Of a stretch of 64,000 bases of DNA, positions 44,534-55,702 are shown in pieces; position 1 is the stretch's first letter, and each line of letters begins with the position of its first letter. A program made the translations under genes and the position numbers. The notes under the pieces were generated by a model. The model was not told where the DNA came from, searched no databases, and saw only the letters and a list, made by a program, of their open reading frames with translations. The stretch is from an uncultured bacterium (GTDB lineage: Bacteria; Chloroflexota; UBA5177; JANWHV01): positions 1 to 64,000 of the forward strand of contig CAVSOU010000005.1 in NCBI GenBank assembly GCA_963729625.1. Direction: 5' to 3'.

Positions 44534-45976
44534 CTATGCCTTTGGCCTACATTGTGTTGGGAGCGGCGGGGAGCTGAGATAGACCTCTACCTTAAACTCC
44601 GCCTCATCGAATCGCCGGCCGCCGACCGAGAGCTTGTGGACCGCGCAATCGAATAGCCAGCGCTGTGTCAGCGGCTCAAGACCCCAGCGGGTATTCTCCA
44701 GAACAATCCAAAGCCGCCCGCTCTCTGCGCCGAGGCGCTCAAGCTGGGGAACTGCGGTTGTGCTCAGCGGGATCTGCGGCTCGCAGCAGCCACGACTGTA
44801 GAATCGAAATAATCCAATCGCATAACCAGTCACGCGGTCGCCGGGCGACCAGTGCTCGCGTACATAAGCCGCCGCGCTACGCTCATCCCGGCGGGAACCG
44901 TCGACATAGTGGCTAGCGAGACCTGGCAGATTCGCCAGACAGATCAAGCCAACCCAGGCCCACGCTGCCACCACGCTCCGAGTGACCAGCAGCTCGTAGA
45001 TGACCGAGATCGCATAGCCGGCGACCACGATGCCGCCAAGCACCAGAGGGAACACGTATTCATCATGGTAGACGACTACGAGTGGCAGCATCAGGCTGGC
45101 ACCGCCCCACCCCAGACAACAAGTCAGCCAGTACCAGTTCTGCGCCGTGCGGTCCCGCAGCATTAGCGCCAAGCCGACCAACGCCAGCAATGCAATCGGC
45201 CAACCGATCATTGCAATCGAGCCGACAAGCGCATGAAGGGGCGAGTAACCCCAGGTTTCGCCCTGGTTCCAGCCATGCACCAGCGGCCTAACGTACAGCG
45301 CCAAGAATGCGGCCGCTACCGCCGTGGCTATAAGGAAGGGAAGCCAAATGGCACGCAGAATCGGTCGCTTCTCCGCGTAGGCGCCGGCGCACACGGCCAC
45401 GAAGACGAGCGGGAGCAGGATGACCAGCAACGTATGGGTGAGAACCGCTACCAAGGCGAGGCAACACGCCAGTGTCGCGAACAAGTTGCTTCGACGATTC
45501 CAGAGGATTCGGGCCCCGACGAGAAGACAAGCAAAGGAGAAGAACGCCGCCACCATGTAGAAGCGGGTCTCCTGGCTGTGCGCCACATGCTGCGGCATGA
45601 GCGCGACGAGCAGCGCCGATGCGATTGCTGCCGGACGCGGCATCGGTCCGTCCAACAGCACAAACACCAGCACTGCGCTTAAGGTGCCAAGCGCCGCGAT
45701 CAATACACGCGTGCCCCACTCGTCGAGTCCAAAAATAGTATGACTGATGTGCAGCACAAGATAGCTGGCGGGAATCAAATGCGGCAGACGATATGCCTGG
45801 CTATCGTGAGAAACATCTTGCCCGTGAAAGAGCACGCGCTCTTCCTCAAGCGACGCCGGTTCATCGCCGGAAAACGGCCATGCGCCTAGACTATGGAAGC
45901 GCAATGCGGCAGCGAGAATCGTCAGGCCGAGCACGATGGCGACGGTAATGAGCCGAATGTTTCTTTCTTTTGCCAA
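44534..45976 (-). CDS. GT-C membrane glycosyltransferase (ArnT/PMT-like)
   Basis: ALRFHSLG..PFSGDE loop motif, EWGTR, SQETRFY, about 11 TM segments and a periplasmic tail. Confidence 0.7.
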   Translation of the reverse strand: MAKERNIRLITVAIVLGLTILAAALRFHSLGAWPFSGDEPASLEEERVLFHGQDVSHDSQAYRLPHLIPASYLVLHISHTIFGLDEWGTRVLIAALGTLSAVLVFVLLDGPMPRPAAIASALLVALMPQHVAHSQETRFYMVAAFFSFACLLVGARILWNRRSNLFATLACCLALVAVLTHTLLVILLPLVFVAVCAGAYAEKRPILRAIWLPFLIATAVAAAFLALYVRPLVHGWNQGETWGYSPLHALVGSIAMIGWPIALLALVGLALMLRDRTAQNWYWLTCCLGWGGASLMLPLVVVYHDEYVFPLVLGGIVVAGYAISVIYELLVTRSVVAAWAWVGLICLANLPGLASHYVDGSRRDERSAAAYVREHWSPGDRVTGYAIGLFRFYSRGCCEPQIPLSTTAVPQLERLGAESGRLWIVLENTRWGLEPLTQRWLFDCAVHKLSVGGRRFDEAEFKVEVYLSSPPLPTQCRPKA

Positions 45977-46289
45977 AAAGGGGCCGCCTTATTCGAGCCT
46001 GTCTACCGCCAGACCCATAGTGCATCACACTGTTGTCGCAGGCAAGTCGACTGCGTGTCCTGCGTAATTTCAGCTGGAATCTCTGCGATGTCCGACATTG
46101 GTCGGAATACCTCGCTTTAGGTGTTTTACCTGATGTCGAAGATGCGTTCTCTATTTGGTCTCGATTTGTACGTGGGGCGGGCACGCGTACCGTGACCGTG
46201 GTTACCGCCGGTGGGTCGATGCATTATGACCAACCAACCTGAACCGGCCTGCGATTGCATTCGTTCCAGCTGCCCCAGAGCCATGCCTG

Positions 46290-46477
46290 TTCCAGCGCCC
46301 TATTCTTGGGAATTGAGAAGTGGACGTTACGCCGCCGTGGCCAGTCTCTGTTTGGGTTGTATACCGCCCAAGGTCATGTTTGGGCGTTCGCAAGTATAGG
46401 TCCAGAGCCACTTCTTGGCGCATTCCTGGACTTCACTCAAGCTGTCGAACGAAGTCTGGTCCAACCAGTCATAGAGC
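46290..46477 (-). mobile_element. IS3-family transposase 3' remnant
   Basis: YDWLDQTSFDSLSEVQECAKKWLWTYTCERPNMTLGG, cut at 46477 by the next IS. Confidence 0.7.
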
Positions 46478-47835
46478 TGGCTTTGGATTTCCGGACAGGG
46501 GTGTAAGTGGATTTCTGCCGGGGCAATATAGCAACCGGAGGGCAGAGATTCATGAGGAAGCCAAGACGTAACCACTCAGCGGCATTCAAGGCGCGGGTGG
46601 CCCTGGAGGCGATCCGGGGTGAGAAGACGGTGGCGCGAGATTGCGGCCCACCACGAGGTCCATGCGACCCAGGTGAGCGGCCTGGAAGACGGAGCTGCTG
46701 GAGAACGCTGGCGGCGGTCTTTGGCGGGGATGTGCTGGCTGCGGACGGCAAGGAGCGGATCCGGGAGCTGCAGGCGAAGATCGGGCAGCTGACGATGGAG
46801 AATGATTTTTTAGAAAGCGCGCTCGGGAAATTCCCCGGCCTGAGCGGCAAGCGATGATTGAGCGGGACGGTGAGGTCCCGGTGAAGCGCCAGGCACAGAT
46901 GCTGGATCTGAGCCGCTCGAGCGTTTACTACGTGGCGCGGGGCTTGCCGGAGCGGGATCTGAAGCTGATGCGGATCCTGGACGAGCTGCATCTGAAGTGG
47001 CCCTTCTACGGGTCTCGCAAGCTGACCCGAGAGCTGCAGAACCAGGGGCACGAGGTCGGCCGCCGGCATGTGACACGCTGATGCGGCGCATGGGCATGGA
47101 GACGATCTACCGCAAGCCGCGCACGAGCATCCCGGCGCCATTATCGGCGATCTACCCCTACCTGCTCGCGGGCCTGAAGATCGAGCGGCCTAATCACGTC
47201 TGGGCGGCCGACCTGACGTACCTGCCGATGGCGCATGGGTTCCAGTACCTGGTGGCCATCATCGACGTGGGCAGCCGCAAGACGCTGTCCTGGAGGGTGT
47301 CGAACACGATGACGCCGGACTTCTGCGTCGAGGCGCTGCAGGAGGCACTGGAGAAATACGGGAAGCCGGAGATCTTCAACACGGACCAGGGATCTCAGTT
47401 CACCAGCGAGGAATGGATCGAAACGCTCAAGGCGGCGGGCGTCCAGATCAGCATGGACGGCAAGGGACGATGGATCGACAACGTGTTCATCGAGCGACTG
47501 TGGCGCAGCGTCAAGTACGAGAACATTTACCTGCGCGCCTACGAGAACGGAACGCAGCTACGGCAGGGGCTGACCGAGTACTTCGCCTTTTACAACGCCA
47601 CGCGCCCGCACCAGGCGTTGGACTACCGGACCCGGAGGAGGTCTACTACGGTCGTGCAGAGCTCAGGCTTGCGGCATGATGAACGTAACGGAACACGGGA
47701 TTCGAGAGCTTCTGACGCTGCGCGTCAGACTGCGTGTGTTGGGAAGCGTTGAGAAGAGACCGAGAGAAGAGACCATCAAAAAGGTCGGCAGATCCACTTA
47801 TCCCAGTAAGAAATCTGTCCTAAGAACCGAAGCCA
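46478..47835 (+). mobile_element. IS3-family element (orfA about 46552-46857, orfB to about 47679)
   Basis: TG...CA ends. IRs TGGCTTTGGATTTCCGGACAG and TGGCTTCGGTTCTTAGGACAG (16/21). DDE motifs WAADLTY, NTDQGSQF, DNVFIERLWRSVKYE. No target duplication seen. Confidence 0.9.
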
Positions 47836-48571
47836 CCCGTGTCATCGGGCACTGTAGCCGCGTTCGCCATCTGCGTATTATATCGCAACGATACGCACGA
47901 AGTACCGTAAATACCGGCACTTCGTCACGCGACCACGTGTGGCGCATCGGTTGCTCTCTTGGGCGCTCGCCAGTCGATCCCCTCCAGCAGCATCGAGAGC
48001 TGTGCAGCGGAGAGTGCGACGCTACCGTGCGTGGCCTGCGGCCAAACGAAGCGCCCGCGCTCTAGCCGCTTGGCGAAGAGGCACATCCCATCGCCGCTCC
48101 ACCAGAGGATCTTCACCCGGTCCCCGGCCCGCCCCCGGAACACGAACCGCTACGCCACCCGGAAACTCGACGACAACATGGCCGGCAGGATCAGGATGCG
48201 TGATGCGTGTCCGCGGTGCCGGGCGACTGGCCGGATCGGGAAGAACCGTTGCCATCGTGACCTTCACCGGCAGCAGCGGCGCCGGCGCCGTGCTCTTCTC
48301 CAGCAGCCCCGCCCTGCGCAGGCGAAGCCAGCCAAACACCAGGTTGGCGTTCACCCCGTGCTTGCGGGCTACCGCTGCAATGGAGACACCGGGCGCCGTC
48401 GCGTCGGCGAGGATCTGCTGCTTCTCCTGCGCCGTTTAATGCCGACGCTTAACAGTCGTATGAGTGGACGTGTCCATCCGCGCTCCAGGCGCACACATAC
48501 ATTTTGCCACCACAACACCGATAATCAGGTCAACTCAATGCGCAAGCTAGGGTGCCCAGACCGGACGCCTG
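47836..48571 (-). mobile_element. IS66-family remnant (tnpA with a stop, 5'-deleted tnpB, first codons of tnpC)
   Basis: SIAAVARKHGVNANLVFGW; FRGRAGDRVKILWWSGDGMCLFAKRLERGRF..LSMLLEGIDW; MANAATVPDD truncated by the IS3. Confidence 0.8.
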
Positions 48572-48819
48572 CGTGGAAGTCGGGCAAGTACGAAGAGCTC
48601 TGCCTGCACGCCCACGAGAGCGTCCGGGCCGCTCAGGCGAGCATTTGCCGATACTTGGTGCTGTACAACGCTGCCGATCCCGCACGCCCTTGACCACCAA
48701 ACGCCGATCACGTCTATTTCACATCGGGCGCACCGCTGTCCCTCGCCGCGACGGCCTAAGAGTTGCTGGCTACCACATATCCAGACCGCGTTAACTGCCC
48801 AAGCCAGGCAGTCCGCTCA
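48572..48819 (+). mobile_element. Degenerate IS3-family transposase 3' remnant
   Basis: WKSGKYEELCLHAHESV..ASICRYL.LYN resembles WRSVKYEEVYL. Confidence 0.65.
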
Positions 48820-49165
48820 TTCTTCTTTATGGCGAGCGCATGTCTCCCACACACTCAACGCCCGTCTCTGAAATGCGACGGTGTACTACAATTAATGTTG
48901 AGACTCAGCGGCCAGAGTGCCCCCGCGATATTGCAAGCGTGAGTTCCTCCCTTGACGTATTGGTTGAGCCAGCGAAGACCAATTCCGTGAGATGCCGGCT
49001 CGCCCGTTCATACCGCAAAAATATTCCTGTTAGCACCGTTGGCGGGTCCACCATGCCGCACGGGTAAGTGACGTAAGTTATTGGATCATCGGGAAAATCA
49101 TGCTAAAAGCATAGCGCGCGATCGGTCTGGAACACTTCGAACGATCACGACAAAATCGAGGATAA

Positions 49166-50328
49166 GTGACGGACACAATGACATCGACCATTAGGCAAGA
49201 TCTACAGCGGCCCTATCTAGTGCTTCTAAAGGAAGGACCATCCCACTTCCTGGACGACATACAGCCGCACTGTGCTGTATTGGCTCAGCGCTTTAGGGGT
49301 GAGCTATGGACGTACGGAGGATATAACGCTGACCTCTCCATAGGAGACATGCAGCTGCACGTCGTTGGGCCACCGTCCAGAAACAAGTTTCTTCAATATT
49401 TCGCATTGTGGCGTACGTTAATGAGGCGAGCAAAGACCATTAAGCGAGATGCGCAGGGCCCGATAATTGTGGTGTCGTATGATCCATTCAAAACCGGCTT
49501 ATTGGCCCAGCATTTTGCCCGAGCGGTCGGCGGGCTCTTTGTCTCTGAAGTGAATGGTGCATACGGGGACCCCGATACGTTTGCAGACATCAAGTCCAAG
49601 CTCTGGAGGAGTGCGAGGCTTCTGCAGATGCGAATGCTTGGAACATATGTCCTTCGTCGTGCGGATGGCATAAAGCTACTTTTTGACGAACAACTTGAGC
49701 AGTTTGTCACGCCGCCCAAGTCTGCGCTGATCCGTCGTTTCTATGATATTGCGTACGTTGATCGCTTCCACGTTGGGGCAGAGCAACCCATTATTCTCTT
49801 GGCGGGGTACCCCTTTCGTCGCAAGGGTGCGGATATGCTTTTTGAGGCATTCGTCGCAATTGCCCCTCGGCACCCAAAGTGGAGGCTGGTCATGATTGGC
49901 CACCAGCTAAAGGAGAATTTTGACGCGGCTGGATTGCGGCATCCACAGGTCGAGATCTACGCGGGCATGCCACAAACCGCACTAGTAGAATGGGTGGCTC
50001 GCTCGAGCATTGTCGCGCAGCCATCCCGCTCGGAAGCGATGGGCCGGATCTTAATGGAGGCCGCCGCGGCCGGGAAATGCCGCGTCGGAAGCTCAGTCAA
50101 CGGCATACCCACCGTAATTGCCAACAATGTAGACGGCATACTTGTTCCGAAGAACGATGTCCAAGCGCTCGCCGTAATTCTTGAGAAACTCATTACTGAC
50201 CCTGCACTTCGTGCACGCCTAGCAACCGAAGCCAAGGCCAGAGCGGCACGTGAGTTCACTGCCGAAGCCTGATGCTTGATCACTACTCCGAGTTCTTCGA
50301 AGCGTTATGTCGGTCTCCGCCGACCTAG
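49166..50328 (+). CDS. Glycosyltransferase family 4
   Basis: RKGADML, PSRSEAMGRILMEAAAAG, VNGIP. ORF stops at 50272, probably an indel; likely true end 50328. Confidence 0.85.
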
Positions 50329-50440
50329 ACCAGAAGATTGCGGCAGGTCTAGGCAGAAGGTACCAAACTTCATCCCGCTAGTGCCCGACTGAAGTAGCAT
50401 CAGGTGTCCTGGCAATCACCTACAAGAGGATAAGTATTCC

Positions 50441-51705
50441 GTGCAGCGTTTACGATTGCTCTGGGTCTCTCATCTAGTTCCTTATCCCCCGAAGTCTGGG
50501 GTTCATTTGCGGGCCTTTAATCTCTTGAAGGCCACTGCCGAGAGTCAGGATGTCGACTTGGTGGCATTCATCCAACCGCAATGGATGAAGATGTTCTTCG
50601 CAGACGTAGAGACAGGCCTGCAGGAGTGCCATGAGCAATTGATGAAGTATTGCAAGAGCGTAGCATTTCTGCCAATTGAGTCGCAGGACAGATCATACGG
50701 CAAACTGCGCACTGCGATTGAAAGCCTTCTGCCCGGGCCTTGCTACTCTGTTCGATGGCTGCAGGGGCGCAAAGCCGCGGCAATAATCAGCTCAATCTAC
50801 CAGCGCGAGGAACATGACCTTGCCCACTTCGACACCATCGGACTTGCGCCATATAGAGCGCTGATGCCACGCGCGCCAGCTACCCTCGGTCACCACAACA
50901 TCGAATCCCACATGCTCCTGCGCCGCGCTGGAAATGAATCAAATCTCCTTAAGAAAGCCTACTTCCTTCAAGAGGGATACCGACTGAGGGAATTCGAACG
51001 GAAGGTGGCCGACCAGTTCACGCGCCATATAACATGTTCGGATCTCGATTCCCAGAGACTGCGAATGATAGCGCCAGCGTGTCACGCCGTGACGGTGCCA
51101 AACGGCGTGGACACCAAATACTTCCAAGCCTCCGGCGCGGCAGTTGTTGAAAACTCCGCGATATTTGTCGGTAGCTTTAATTGGTACCCGAACGCAGCTG
51201 CTGCTGAATATTTGCTCACCGCCATATGGCCGCTTGTTCTGGCTGCCGCACCGGAAGCGCGACTGGATCTCGTGGGTTCGGGACCTAGCGAACGCCTTCG
51301 CGCACTCGCCGGCGGTTTGCGGGGCGTTAAAGTGCACGGCTTTGTTGACGACGTGCGTCCATTTATCGATGCAGCCGCCGTTTACGTGTGTCCGATACGA
51401 GACGGTGGTGGACTAAGCTAAAGATCCTGGACGCATTCTCTATGGGGAAATGCGTTGTAGCCGATCCGATTGCCTGCGAGGGAATAGACGTGGTCGCCAA
51501 TCGCAACGTCATTCTGGCCTCGACGCCGGAAGAGTTTGCCGGTGCCATCAGCCAGGCAATGGCCGACCCCTCAAAGCGGTCAAGCATCGGTGCGGCGGCT
51601 CGCGAATTGGTTACCGAGAGGTATACTTTTGAATCAATTGGCAAGGCATTACAAGACGTATTCCATGCATGTGTTAACTCTCGGTTGAGCTCAGAGGGCG
51701 AATGA
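50441..51705 (+). CDS. Glycosyltransferase family 4 (PEP-CTERM sugar-transferase-like), frameshift near 51410
   Basis: VPYPPKSG, HHNIES, VPNGVD, FVGSFNWYPN, PIRDGGG/TKLKILDA. Confidence 0.85.
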
Positions 51706-53028
51706 TAAGGCGAAAACTTTCGCAGTCCGCAACTAGCGGCGAATCGTCTACCAAGGTCGGCGGTGGCCAAGCAACACCGATATCGAAGATCATGTCGCTC
51801 TATATTGTTGTAGCTGCAGGGCGCGTGGGAGAGCTATTTCCTTTTCTAAAGGGCGTCCCGCTAGCAAAGCTTCTTATCGCAATGGCGATAATGTCACTCT
51901 TTCTTTATCCGAAGAAAGTTGCGTCAACGCGTCTTTGGTCTGTCGGACTTGCGCGGGCGTCCATCCTCTTCTTCGCGCTAATAGTAATTAGCTTGAGCTT
52001 CTCATTCCTGCGCAGCATGACATACGAAGTGATAGTGGGCAGTGCCGCCGCCTCGCTCGTTGCATTGGTGCTCATATTTAAGGGCGCAAGTAATTGGCCA
52101 TCCGTGCGCGTGATGCTGGCGGGTTGTGCTCTGTCTACCGCCGTTCTGGTCATACATACGGTGTCTGGTTATGCTGGACGGCCTACAGATGTCGGGGGGT
52201 ACGATCCCAACGATCTGGCATTTGTGCTAGTGGCACTGCTTCCAGTCACGATAGTATTCGCGATAGTTAGCTCGGGCTGGCGGCGTTTATTTTTTGCAGT
52301 TCTGTCGATGTCCTCACTGCTCGTTGTGCTCCTAACGGAATCACGGGGAGGATTGCTGGGGCTCTTGTTGGTACTCTTCGCCTTCGCGCTAAGATACCCC
52401 GCGTCCAGCGATGGCAAGCTCAGGAGCGTGACCCGGATTGGACTGAAGACTAGGCTTGCGGCCCTAACTGTCTTATTTGTTGTCGCTTGGGTTTCCGTCC
52501 CGCAGACGGCGCGAGACCGTCTCTCGACGCTGCTCTCCCCCCACATCGGACTACAACATCACCTCTAAAGAAGAGGGGCGGTTCCTGATTTGGGGACGAA
52601 ATCTGCCGCTTGTTCTCAAGCGACCTTGGGGCTATGGGGCCGGCTCGTCAGAAGCGGTGGATGGAATATTGGCTGGTGGGCGTTACCGCGTGCTCCACAA
52701 TATGTATCTACAGGTGCTCGTCGAGCTAGGTGTGTTGGGTTTGACCCTATTCCTGACGACGTTTGTGCTGGCGTGGCGAACCTTGCTAGATAGGAAGCCG
52801 TTGGAAACCAAGACAGCTCCTCCGGAGTCGGCATCGCGGGAAGTTGTTCTATTTTCCTGGGCACTAGCCGTTGGCTTGGCCGCCGCAGCCGTGTCTGGGT
52901 TCTTTCTTTCACTATGTTACTCAAACGCCCTTTGGATCCTGTTCTCACTGGCGTGCGTAACGGCTCCGGCGGCAAATGCTAGGCTCTGGATGACACGCGA
53001 GGCCATAGCGACTTCAAATCGTAAATAG
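51702..53028 (+). CDS. O-antigen ligase / Wzy polymerase family protein, frameshift near 52540
   Basis: YDPNDLA, LTESRGGLLG, GRFLIW, PWGYGAG, HNMYLQVLVELGVLG. Confidence 0.85.
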
Positions 53029-53041
53029 CGCGGCACCAACG

Positions 53042-54184
53042 TCACCTCACAGGTTTCCAGGTCACCATTCGTTCGCCCCGAACATAACGCACTGTGGCGA
53101 GCAACGATGCCAAGTTGGTCAGAACGAAATAGTATGGCTTTCCCAATAGCTTCGCGCGCCCACCGCTGCGCTGAGCGCGAAATCCGGCGGCACCAAGTGC
53201 TAGGAATAACAACTGGCCGGCGAAGAATACCTGGTATAGCCACGTTTCTAAAATGAAGAGATTTGCGCAGAGCATCACTAGCCAAATGAAAGGGGAAGCG
53301 TAGCGCAGCGCCTTGTGCGACCAGAGTTCCCATGCAAACACACGGAAGCGGAGAGGGTTCAGGAATCGCCGCTCTGTTACCAGTGCATTGATGCTTCGTA
53401 TGCCAACACGGACCCGCATAGCCAATTCACTTCCCGGGCGCTCCAGCGTATCTTCAAAACATACTGCTTTGGGCTCAAGGACTGTACGAAGGCCGATTTC
53501 CCGCATGTGAAGGGCGATAACGAAATCACTTATGAGTTCTGGAGGTATTGGTCGGTACGCACGCCGCCTTACCGCGTAGAGACAACCACTTACGCCAACT
53601 AAGGAGCCCATCGCACTTTCTGCACGTCTAAGTCCGAGTTCATATTGCCAATACTGTGTTCCTCCCTCACCCGTGAGGCTGTCGCCACGTGCCTCGTAAA
53701 CCAGAGCCCCGGCGACACAACCTATGGCCTCATCCGCAAAATTCTCTACGAGCGCAATCAATGCATCGTGTGCTAACCGAGTGGTCGCATCCGTAAAGAT
53801 GACGACTTCGCCCGTCGCCGCTCGGACCGCCTCATTTTGGCAGGCAGTCTTACCCCGCCTTCCTTCCACGCGAAGCAGTCGCACTTGTTCCTGTCCATAA
53901 CCAGAAACTATGGCATCAGTCCCATCGATGGAGCCGTCGGACGCAACGATAATTTCAAGTAGAGATTTTGGGTATTCGAGACTCGTGATGTTATCCAGCT
54001 TGGATCGAATCCCGACTTCCTCATTGTAGGCAGTGATTACCACCGAGATACGCGGGCGTATCGGCGCCTTTCGTACGGGTATGTTCTTTAGGCTTGCTAC
54101 GCAGCGCGCCAAAAGTGGGTACCCCACGTAGACGTAAACCAAGAGAAACCCAGACAACCAAAATGTAATAGTCGGCATCATCAT
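53042..54184 (-). CDS. Glycosyltransferase family 2
   Basis: YVGYP, AYNEE, ASDGSIDGT, FTDA, SDF, LWSHKALR. The protein reads on the MINUS strand (TCA at 53042), although the supplied track labels it +. Confidence 0.9.
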   Translation of the reverse strand: MMMPTITFWLSGFLLVYVYVGYPLLARCVASLKNIPVRKAPIRPRISVVITAYNEEVGIRSKLDNITSLEYPKSLLEIIVASDGSIDGTDAIVSGYGQEQVRLLRVEGRRGKTACQNEAVRAATGEVVIFTDATTRLAHDALIALVENFADEAIGCVAGALVYEARGDSLTGEGGTQYWQYELGLRRAESAMGSLVGVSGCLYAVRRRAYRPIPPELISDFVIALHMREIGLRTVLEPKAVCFEDTLERPGSELAMRVRVGIRSINALVTERRFLNPLRFRVFAWELWSHKALRYASPFIWLVMLCANLFILETWLYQVFFAGQLLFLALGAAGFRAQRSGGRAKLLGKPYYFVLTNLASLLATVRYVRGERMVTWKPVR

Positions 54185-54249
54185 TCCGTACAATTTTCAC
54201 CAATCCGGAAAGCATCTAGGGGGCACGGCCAAAACCTATGGCAGCCCAA

Positions 54250-55050
54250 TCAGGCAGCCTTGCGAGCAACCAATAGCACAACGTGCTTGCCAGCCAGCGG
54301 CGCCTCCGGAGATGACAGCCGCGTTATCGTCTGTATGACAAGGAACCCGGCTCTTTTTAGGCAGTCCTGAGCACTAGCTATTGTATAGCTCCGTCTCATC
54401 GGCTGGCGAATGGGCTTGTGGATCTTCTTCCAAGCCCATCTTGCGAACGCAACGGGCCTGAATTTTGGGAAGAAATACTCTCGTAGCTTTAGTTGCAAAC
54501 GGTCGGCTAGCCCCATGTCAGTGTGTATAAGCGCCACGTAAGCACCGCCCTTCTTTAGGACACGAAAGATCTCACGTGTCGCCAGATCAGGATCGGAAAA
54601 GTGCTCCATGACACCAACGGACGTGACGGCAGCAAAATATCCATCAGCGAAGGGCAGAAATTCCGCTTGGGCAGCGGCACACTGAGCGCCCGACAATTGG
54701 CGAGCCCGCTGAAGGGCTTGAATCGAGGGGTCAACACCGAACCGCTCATCGCTACTCATGGCGGCCAACAACAACCCCTCGCCGCAGCCAACTTCCAGCA
54801 GGCGGCCGGGAGCGAGTGCACCTACTAGGGCTGAAAAATATTTCCGGAAGCCTTCCTCCCGGCCCTGATCTTCCCAGACATTTGAATGTTCCGTGTAGAT
54901 GGCGTCATAAACTGCACCAACTGCAGACTTCGCGCCCGTCCCCTTTGGGGTCAAGAAGTAGGGAACCTCCCCAAACACTTCGTACTCGACGTTGCACGAT
55001 CGACATGCAAATGAATCCAACGTTCCCTTACACCGCGGGCAGACATACAT
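54250..55050 (-). CDS. Class I SAM-dependent methyltransferase with N-terminal CxxC..CxxC
   Basis: CPRC..CRSC, LLEVGCGEG, AEFLPFADGYF, GVMEHF, RVLKKGG. Confidence 0.85.
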   Translation of the reverse strand: MYVCPRCKGTLDSFACRSCNVEYEVFGEVPYFLTPKGTGAKSAVGAVYDAIYTEHSNVWEDQGREEGFRKYFSALVGALAPGRLLEVGCGEGLLLAAMSSDERFGVDPSIQALQRARQLSGAQCAAAQAEFLPFADGYFAAVTSVGVMEHFSDPDLATREIFRVLKKGGAYVALIHTDMGLADRLQLKLREYFFPKFRPVAFARWAWKKIHKPIRQPMRRSYTIASAQDCLKRAGFLVIQTITRLSSPEAPLAGKHVVLLVARKAA

Positions 55051-55702
55051 AGCTCACCTATTCAACATGCCAATTGGTACTCAGAGATAACAGCTCCCGC
55101 CCCAAGGGACGGACTGATTGACACAATCGTCGCGTTCCGCGACGAGCACCCGTTCTAGAGTGGCAACCTACAAGGCTAAGAATACACCGGACGATCAAGA
55201 ACTTGCGAGAATCCCTGCTCAGTTAGGATCCGTCCGGTAAGGCGGAACTCCTTTCTCCCCCAGCCACGGGCTGGATTGCCCCGCGATGGACGAGGTACAT
55301 ATGGCATGTGCAATAGCAATCCTCGCAGCGATGCCTAGCGAATCGCAACGACCCCCAACACCGGCCAAGTATTGCCTTCCAGGAGCGAGCTCAGTTGTGC
55401 ACGCTAAACGAACATGGCGTTAAGCAACCATAATATCCACGCTTATCTCATGCGCTTTCGTGAAGTTGATTGAGCAACTCGGCGTGTTATGAATAATTTA
55501 GACAAGATCTCTGATCACAGACGGACGTCTTGCGCCGCGGCTCCGGCAGCCCGAGAGCAGGCCCCCGTCGAATGCAACCATGAACTTGCTGTACTGGGCG
55601 GCAGGATTCTATGCCGATAACCGGACCACCAACGCTGCCGCCCGCGGACGTGGAAATTGATACGAGCCACGACGCCCGCAATATCAACTGCCCCGCAAGA
55701 CG

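Noticed and set aside
53042-54193. ORF-track label of + strand for the GT2 gene
   Set aside because: The listed protein is the reverse-complement translation (stop TCA at 53042), so it was annotated on the minus strand.
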